Under the pieces are notes generated by a model, which was not told the DNA's origin, did no database searches, and worked only from the letters and a program-made list of their open reading frames with translations. The translations under genes were made by a program, and so were the position numbers. A stretch of DNA of 64,000 nt, taken from Chloroflexus sp. Lineage in GTDB: Bacteria; Chloroflexota; Chloroflexia; Chloroflexales; Chloroflexaceae. Below are positions 58,328 to 64,000 of the stretch, piece by piece. The stretch is taken from NCBI RefSeq assembly GCF_034434295.1, contig NZ_DAOTZQ010000001.1, forward strand, positions 31,903 through 95,902, in the 5' to 3' direction. Numbering within the stretch: the first letter of the stretch is position 1; every line of letters starts with the position of its first letter.

Positions 58328-59842
58328 TTATACGTGAGACGATAAGACACTGGTATACGAGCGTGGCTTCCTGGTCAACCAGAAAACAATCAGCCCACTC
58401 ACAACAATAGTAAGCATGCTACTCAACAACATCCACCCACTCAACGGCTGGGCGATGACCAGCCAGGGCGCACTGCTGATGAGCAGTGGCCCTACTATCG
58501 CGACGGTGATCGGTGGCCAGCGCCTACCGCGCCAGGGCAAGCCCGCCAGTGCCAGCGGCAGACAGATCGCTCCGGCCAGCGCAATCGTCCAGCCCCCAAT
58601 CTGATGCGTTTGAACCGGGAGCCAGCGATTGATCAGCGCCTCGCCCGGGCCAAAGGCGTACCATTGCGGGTGCGCCTGACCATCAACAAAGAGACGGGCA
58701 ACGGCACCGTCATAACTCAGCACCAATAGCCGGGGTTGCCCGTCAGGGAAGACATGACTAAAGCGTAACGGTGGCCGGTCATCGGCTACGCGGGTCAGGG
58801 GCAACCGCATCCGTACCAGCAGATCAGTACCTGCCTGAATCAAACTGATGTTGTGTCCATCAATGCCACGGCCAAAATTGACGATCAGGCCCTCTGTGGT
58901 GCGATCTGGTTCGCGGGCAGCCACCTGAGCGACCAGTGTAAATGCCCGTGTCCGGGCAATCTCTGCTGCCACACCACGCAATGGCTCACTGCTCATCAGC
59001 CAGCGCTGATAGCCCACACCTACCCCGGATTCGGTGAGGGTGGGCCGACCCTGAGCCACCAGCGGGCGCACAAATGGCCCATTCCCAGCCGGCGGCAACC
59101 CACTGAAATCGTAGGCGAACAACGGTTGCCTGGCAATTGCGTTGCCCGGTGTCCGTACTGCTCGTGCATCATCTACGGTAAAGGCCCGATTGTAGAGCGC
59201 GGTAAAACCCACATAACCCGGCCAAAAGCGCCGCCCATCATTGGCAGCGCCGATCTGAAGCGTGTAACGATCCGACCACGTCGTTGGCAGTGTCGCCCGT
59301 TGCCAGCGCGTGACCATCCACGTGCTGCCGGCCAACCAGATCACTAATCCAACAAACACGACCCACGCTGGCGTCATCCGCACACCCTGATCCATCCAGA
59401 AACCGAGTCGCTCGACTCGGGGGAGCATTGGCTGCGCCAGCCACCACGCTCCCAAAACAGCACCCAAAGTGTTCGCAACCACATCCAGCAGCGCGGCGGT
59501 GCGACCGGGAATTATCAGTTGGGCAACCTCGACTCCAAGCGCGACAGATGCGCTCAGCACGATGACACCAGTGCGCTGCCCCGGTAGAGGCACGCCACAA
59601 CCGGCCAGCAACCAGTGCAACGCAATGCCTAAAGGAATAAACAGAACAATATTTTGCGCCATATCAAACGCATGGCTCAGACCAGTCACCAGCACAAAGA
59701 TGGGATTAGCCGGCCATGGTCTGGTGAAAGCAAAGGGATATAAGGTCAACATCCCGACAAGCAGGATGGTTGGCAAGAACAACGCGACCCCATAGCGACG
59801 CAAAGCATAGCGGCGACCCATAGATTCAGGCTGACGGCTCAT
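58328..59842 (-). CDS. VanZ-like polytopic membrane protein fused to a LamG/concanavalin-like domain and C-terminal TM segments
   Basis: N-terminal four-TM VanZ-type region, a central beta-rich region of about 200 aa (..FTLVAQVAAREPDRTTEGLIVNFGRGIDGHNISLIQAGTDLLVRMR...LLVLSYDGAVARLFVDGQ), then further TM helices. The start is ATG 59842 or 59821; the ORF-track start at 59932 overlaps wzt. Confidence 0.55.
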   Translation of the reverse strand: MSRQPESMGRRYALRRYGVALFLPTILLVGMLTLYPFAFTRPWPANPIFVLVTGLSHAFDMAQNIVLFIPLGIALHWLLAGCGVPLPGQRTGVIVLSASVALGVEVAQLIIPGRTAALLDVVANTLGAVLGAWWLAQPMLPRVERLGFWMDQGVRMTPAWVVFVGLVIWLAGSTWMVTRWQRATLPTTWSDRYTLQIGAANDGRRFWPGYVGFTALYNRAFTVDDARAVRTPGNAIARQPLFAYDFSGLPPAGNGPFVRPLVAQGRPTLTESGVGVGYQRWLMSSEPLRGVAAEIARTRAFTLVAQVAAREPDRTTEGLIVNFGRGIDGHNISLIQAGTDLLVRMRLPLTRVADDRPPLRFSHVFPDGQPRLLVLSYDGAVARLFVDGQAHPQWYAFGPGEALINRWLPVQTHQIGGWTIALAGAICLPLALAGLPWRGRRWPPITVAIVGPLLISSAPWLVIAQPLSGWMLLSSMLTIVVSGLIVFWLTRKPRSYTSVLSSHV

Positions 59843-61094
59843 AGATCGTCGTCCACGGTAAGAGTGGTCGCACCACACCGGAAAGATTGCCAGTCCAATC
59901 GCCGCGTGCTGAGTCACCTTCCAGACTATCAATCACCTGAAAGGCGACCGCATCTCGTTCGGCGAATTGACCAATCGGCGGATCGAGGGTGGTCAGCGCT
60001 GCTTCGACGTACAGTGACCCCTCAGCCAGAAAATTACCGGGAATGGTCACCCTGGAGACATAGCGACCCGGTGGTCGTGGACGCTGCCGCCATTCAGGAT
60101 CAAGATCGAGGGTGGTAAACACGGCGATATTATCTTCGTTGTAGAGGCGAAAGTGCGGCATCAATACATAACCGCCGGTCGTGACTACAAACTCCATCTC
60201 AAGCGTTACCGGTGTCCGAATATCAATGGTGTCCGCGACATCACCATCAACATCGCGGACACGCACTGCCCGCAGGTGAGCAATCTCTTTGCCCGGCGCA
60301 CTTGCCCGATCTGACCAGACCCGTTCCGCAATTGAATGTGTGCCCTTCCCCAAATAGACACCAACCACTTGCTGTGCCGGCCCATCAGCTACCACCTGTC
60401 CATGATTGAGTAGAATGGCCCGCTGACACATGCGCAGGATGGATTGCATGCTGTGCGAGACAAACAAGACGGTTCGGCCCTGCTGGCCCACATCCTGCAT
60501 CTTGTTGAGACACTTTTTCTGAAAGCGCGCATCGCCAACGGCCAATACCTCATCGACAATCAGAATTTCTGGCTCAAGATGCGCGGCAACGGCGAAGGCC
60601 AGTCGCACATACATGCCCGATGAATAAAACTTCACCGGCGTATCGATAAACTTCTCTACCTCGGCAAACTGGACAATTGCGTCAAAATTGCGATCAATTT
60701 CGCGTTTGCGCATGCCCAGAATGGCACCGTTGAGGTAAATATTCTCGCGCCCGGTCAATTCTGGATGAAAACCGGTGCCAACTTCCAGCAAAGAAGCCAC
60801 CCGACCGTACAACTCGGCTCTGCCTCGGGTTGGTTCGGTAATGCGCGAGAGCACTTTCAGCAGAGTGCTCTTCCCGGCACCATTACGCCCGATGATCCCA
60901 ACCACTTCCCCTTGCTGAACATCAAACGAAACGCCATTGAGTGCCCACAGCTCAGTCGTCGTCGCTTTCTGCGTGCGACCACGCAGGCGCTCGGCAATGG
61001 CATCGCGTAGCGTGACATATCCCATATCACGCTGCCTGATCGCACCAATTCGATACTGTTTCGCTAAATCACGGGCCCGAATTGCGTAGTGCAT
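59826..61094 (-). CDS. wzt: polysaccharide ABC exporter ATP-binding protein with C-terminal carbohydrate-binding-type domain
   Basis: Walker A GRNGAGKST, signature SSGMYVRLAF, Walker B ILIVDE, plus a C-terminal extension of about 170 aa, as in Wzt/TagH. Confidence 0.9.
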   Translation of the reverse strand: MHYAIRARDLAKQYRIGAIRQRDMGYVTLRDAIAERLRGRTQKATTTELWALNGVSFDVQQGEVVGIIGRNGAGKSTLLKVLSRITEPTRGRAELYGRVASLLEVGTGFHPELTGRENIYLNGAILGMRKREIDRNFDAIVQFAEVEKFIDTPVKFYSSGMYVRLAFAVAAHLEPEILIVDEVLAVGDARFQKKCLNKMQDVGQQGRTVLFVSHSMQSILRMCQRAILLNHGQVVADGPAQQVVGVYLGKGTHSIAERVWSDRASAPGKEIAHLRAVRVRDVDGDVADTIDIRTPVTLEMEFVVTTGGYVLMPHFRLYNEDNIAVFTTLDLDPEWRQRPRPPGRYVSRVTIPGNFLAEGSLYVEAALTTLDPPIGQFAERDAVAFQVIDSLEGDSARGDWTGNLSGVVRPLLPWTTIYEPSA

Positions 61095-61097
61095 AGG

Positions 61098-62012
61098 CTA
61101 GATAATATCGGCAAACTTACGTTCCACCGCCTGAAAGTAGAACAAACCGGAACTGAAAATCGTTACTGCCATCATGACCGAGATCAACATCAAGAGACTG
61201 GGAGGTTGCGTGCCCAGCAATGCCCAGCGAAAACCTTCGACAACGCTTACCATCGGGTTGAGAGCGTAGAGAAACTGCCAGTATCCTTCCACCAGATTAC
61301 TCGGATACACAACCGGCGTGGCAAACAACCAGAGCTGAATGAGAAACGGGGTAGCGTGCCGTACATCACGGTAGCGGGCGTTAATCGCCGAGAGCCAGAA
61401 CCCTACGCCCATGGCGGTAAACATCGCCAGTAACAGAAAGAGCGGCAAGAGGAAAATCGCCGGGGTTAGCGGCCACCGGTACCACACCATCAATGCCAGT
61501 AGGATGAGAAAGGACAAACCAAAATCAACCACGCCGGCCAGCACACTGGCGGTAGGAATTGCTAATCGGGGAAAGTAGACTTTGCGCACGATGCTGGCAC
61601 TGCCTACCAGACTATTGGCTGCCTGCCCAACTGTGTTGGCAAAGAACTGCCACGGCAAGAGGCCGGCCAGATTGAAGAGAGGGTAAGGAATACCATTCGT
61701 ATTAACACCGGCCAGCCGTCCAAAGATGATCGTGAAGACGACAAGCTGTAGCGTTGGTTGGATGATAGCCCAACTGGCACCCAGCAGTGTCTGCTTGTAA
61801 CGCACTTTAACATCACGCCAGACCAGAAAAAAGAGCAGTTCGCGGTAAGCCCAAAGGTCGCGCCAGTTGATGTGCCACCATCCCTTGCGCGGCTCGATGA
61901 TCGTTGGTGCCTGCACATCGTCTGCTGAGGAATGTGCTGTAGAGGGGTTGACTGCCGACGTGCTAGAGGGTTCAAGAATTGCCATAGCGCTCACATCATC
62001 CGTAACATACAT
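61098..62012 (-). CDS. wzm: ABC-2 type polysaccharide exporter permease
   Basis: 304 aa. After an N-terminal tail comes the typical ELLFFLVWRDVKVRYKQTLLG.SWAI.QP motif and six TM helices. Confidence 0.9.
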   Translation of the reverse strand: MYVTDDVSAMAILEPSSTSAVNPSTAHSSADDVQAPTIIEPRKGWWHINWRDLWAYRELLFFLVWRDVKVRYKQTLLGASWAIIQPTLQLVVFTIIFGRLAGVNTNGIPYPLFNLAGLLPWQFFANTVGQAANSLVGSASIVRKVYFPRLAIPTASVLAGVVDFGLSFLILLALMVWYRWPLTPAIFLLPLFLLLAMFTAMGVGFWLSAINARYRDVRHATPFLIQLWLFATPVVYPSNLVEGYWQFLYALNPMVSVVEGFRWALLGTQPPSLLMLISVMMAVTIFSSGLFYFQAVERKFADII

Positions 62013-62043
62013 CTGCGCAATGCCAGAGCAGTAGCGAAGAGGT

Positions 62044-62052
62044 ATTGTAGCA
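62044..62052 (-). promoter_or_regulatory. candidate extended -10 promoter (TGcTACAAT on the minus strand) for the wzm-led operon
   Basis: The minus strand reads TGCTACAAT about 32 nt upstream of the wzm ATG. The -35 is weak and the RBS is poor. Confidence 0.25.
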
Positions 62053-62253
62053 GCGCATTCTTCGTTTACATTGGTTAGAACTTCCCCCTATCTAGCATAG
62101 TCGGTTTACGGCCATCTTGCAATTACAAATTCTTCAATCAGACGCATCCCATCGAGCTTCTTCCATTCGCCAGATAAGGCTACAAATTCTGGTATCATGC
62201 CTGTAGTACCTGAGAAAGTTTCGTTGTTAACAAAAAGAAAGGCAGGTCGAACG

Positions 62254-64000
62254 ATGGCCTATGCAGCCCTGATCGGTGCTGAAGTCAAGCGCCGGGAAGA
62301 CCCGCGTCTCGTGCAGGGGCAGGGCACATATGTGAGCGATTTGCGCTTGCCGGGAATGCTTTATGTGGCAATTGCCCGTAGTCCGTACGCTCATGCCCGC
62401 ATTCTAAGTATCGATAAAGCATCGGCACTGGCGCAGCCCGATGTTGTTGCTGTTTACACCGGTACCGATCTCCTCGATCTCTGTCAGCCACTGCCGTTAG
62501 CCAGTTCTGGCGAAGGTGGCAGTAGCCCCCAGCGCTATACCGGTCGCATTCGCTACGTGCTGGCCGTTGAACGAGTTCGTCACGTTGGCGAGGCAGTTGC
62601 TGCCGTGATTGCCCGTACCCCAGAAGCAGCACTCGATGCAGCATTGGCCCTGGCGATTGAATGGGAACCTCTCCCGCCAGTGGTTGATCCGCTGGTCGCC
62701 ATCGACCCGGCAGCGCCGGTAATCTTTGAAGACCTCCCGGATAACATCGACCACCGCCGACGCCGCCAGAAGGGTGATGTCGAAGCTGCATTCGCGTCTG
62801 CCCATCGGGTTGTGCACCAACGGATGGTCAATCAGCGTTTGCTCGGTTTTCCAATGGAAGGCCGTGCTGTTGTGGCTGCCCCCGATCCGACGAACGACGG
62901 CGTAACCCTCTGGACGAGTACGCAGACCCCACATCAGGTACGCGGCGATGTCGCCAGGGTTATCGGGCTTGATGAGAATCGGGTGCGCGTCATCGCCCCC
63001 GATGTCGGTGGTGGCTTTGGGGTCAAGATCGGCATCTATCCCGAAGAGGCATTACTGGCCGCGTTAGCTCGCCAGCTTCGCGCTCCCCTACGCTGGGTTG
63101 AACATCGGCTTGAACACGTACAGGCCACTACCCACGGTCGTGGTCAGGTGTGTGACATTGAAGCTGCCGTCACGGCAGAGGGTGAGATCACCGCATTGCG
63201 GATGCGCATCGTCGCCGATCTCGGTGCCTACCCGCTTGCCCCCGGATTGCCCGACCTGACCACCGCAATGGCTATCGGGGTCTACAAGATTCCCGCCGTT
63301 GATCTGGAAGCGGTATGCGTGTATACCAACACCACACCGGTGGCTGCCTACCGCGGTGCAGGCCGCCCAGAAGCCGCCTACTACATCGAGCGTCTGATGG
63401 ATCTGGTCGCCGCCGAGCTGAATCTGGACCCGGCAGAGGTGCGTCGGCGCAATTTTATCCCCCCGGACGCATTTCCGTACAAAACCCCGACCGGTCTGAC
63501 CTACGATAGCGGTGAGTATGAGCGGGCGCTGACTAAAGCGCTCAGCCTGGCCAATTACGAGCAATTACGCGCCGAGCAGGCCGCCCGCCGGGCTGCCGGT
63601 GATCGGATGTTGCTCGGTATCGGAATCGCCTGTTATGTCGAAATGTGTGGCTTCGGCCCTTATGAGAGTGCCCAAATCAAGGTAGAGCCGGGTGGTACCG
63701 TTACCGTTACCACCGGTATTTCACCGCACGGTCAGGGAACGGCCACGACCTTCGCCCAGATTGTCGCCGATCAGATTGGTGCCGACTTCAACCGCATCGT
63801 TGTCAAACACAGCGACACTGCACTGACACCAATGGGTATCGGCACGATGGGATCACGCTCGCTCGCCGTGGGTGGTGCTGCGCTGGTACGTGCTGCCACC
63901 AAAGTGCGCGAGAAGGCTCGCCAGATTGCGGCTGCAATGCTCGAAGCGAATGTGGCCGACATCGAGTTCCACGAAGGCCGGTATGTCGTCCGGGGTGTCC
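62254..64000 (+). CDS. xanthine dehydrogenase-family molybdopterin-binding large subunit, form-II CoxL-like (partial; continues past the right edge)
   Basis: Own translation from ATG 62254: MAYAALIGAEVKRREDPRLVQGQGTYVSDLRLPGMLYVAIARSPYAHARILSID... It is open to 64000. It contains PDVGGGFGVK and the active-site loop AYRGAGR (63346-63366). It is absent from the ORF track because it has no stop. Confidence 0.9.
   Translation, partial: MAYAALIGAEVKRREDPRLVQGQGTYVSDLRLPGMLYVAIARSPYAHARILSIDKASALAQPDVVAVYTGTDLLDLCQPLPLASSGEGGSSPQRYTGRIRYVLAVERVRHVGEAVAAVIARTPEAALDAALALAIEWEPLPPVVDPLVAIDPAAPVIFEDLPDNIDHRRRRQKGDVEAAFASAHRVVHQRMVNQRLLGFPMEGRAVVAAPDPTNDGVTLWTSTQTPHQVRGDVARVIGLDENRVRVIAPDVGGGFGVKIGIYPEEALLAALARQLRAPLRWVEHRLEHVQATTHGRGQVCDIEAAVTAEGEITALRMRIVADLGAYPLAPGLPDLTTAMAIGVYKIPAVDLEAVCVYTNTTPVAAYRGAGRPEAAYYIERLMDLVAAELNLDPAEVRRRNFIPPDAFPYKTPTGLTYDSGEYERALTKALSLANYEQLRAEQAARRAAGDRMLLGIGIACYVEMCGFGPYESAQIKVEPGGTVTVTTGISPHGQGTATTFAQIVADQIGADFNRIVVKHSDTALTPMGIGTMGSRSLAVGGAALVRAATKVREKARQIAAAMLEANVADIEFHEGRYVVRGV

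Overview
This is a moderately GC-rich bacterial chromosome segment. The gene content is Alternative Complex III act genes joined to a SCO1 plus caa3 cytochrome oxidase operon, a glcDEF-like set, a PAS/GAF hybrid kinase and a very long glycan operon. Together with the repeat style this points to Chloroflexota, most like Chloroflexus, but that placement is inference only. Layout: (i) 1-488 holds the 5' end of a contractile-tail sheath gene that runs off the left edge and is missing from the ORF track. (ii) 0.5-13.8 kb is a mosaic region that is about 38% non-coding by my coordinate arithmetic, against about 4% for the rest of the window. It carries four same-orientation copies of a conserved hairpin-bearing non-coding element, a two-AP2-domain protein, an XRE-cupin regulator and a tightly coupled C45/GNAT/GNAT/LMW-PTP/phosphoesterase operon. 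(iii) 13.8-23.5 kb is one minus-strand block: actB-actE-actA-small TM protein-sco-ctaC-ctaD-ctaE-ctaF, with no NrfD-like ActC/ActF or ActD anywhere in the window. (iv) 23.9-30.7 kb holds glcD-glcE-(glcD::glcE fusion)-glcF. (v) 31.3-35.5 kb holds an Rsm22-like methyltransferase and a hybrid histidine kinase. (vi) 35.5-62.0 kb holds 23 co-oriented minus-strand glycan-assembly genes. These include Wzm/Wzt ABC export, a Wzz/BY-kinase-like protein with a degenerate Walker A, a HlyD-like lipoprotein, an O-antigen-ligase-like protein, eight or nine glycosyltransferases, Fcl, and a PAPS-synthesis plus sulfotransferase module that predicts a sulfated glycan. (vii) 62.25 kb to the end holds the 5' part of a form-II CoxL-like molybdoenzyme. 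I saw no rRNA, tRNA, CRISPR array, transposase or integrase. The most unusual item is the non-coding repeat family. It shows compensatory stem changes and has no associated mobility gene.
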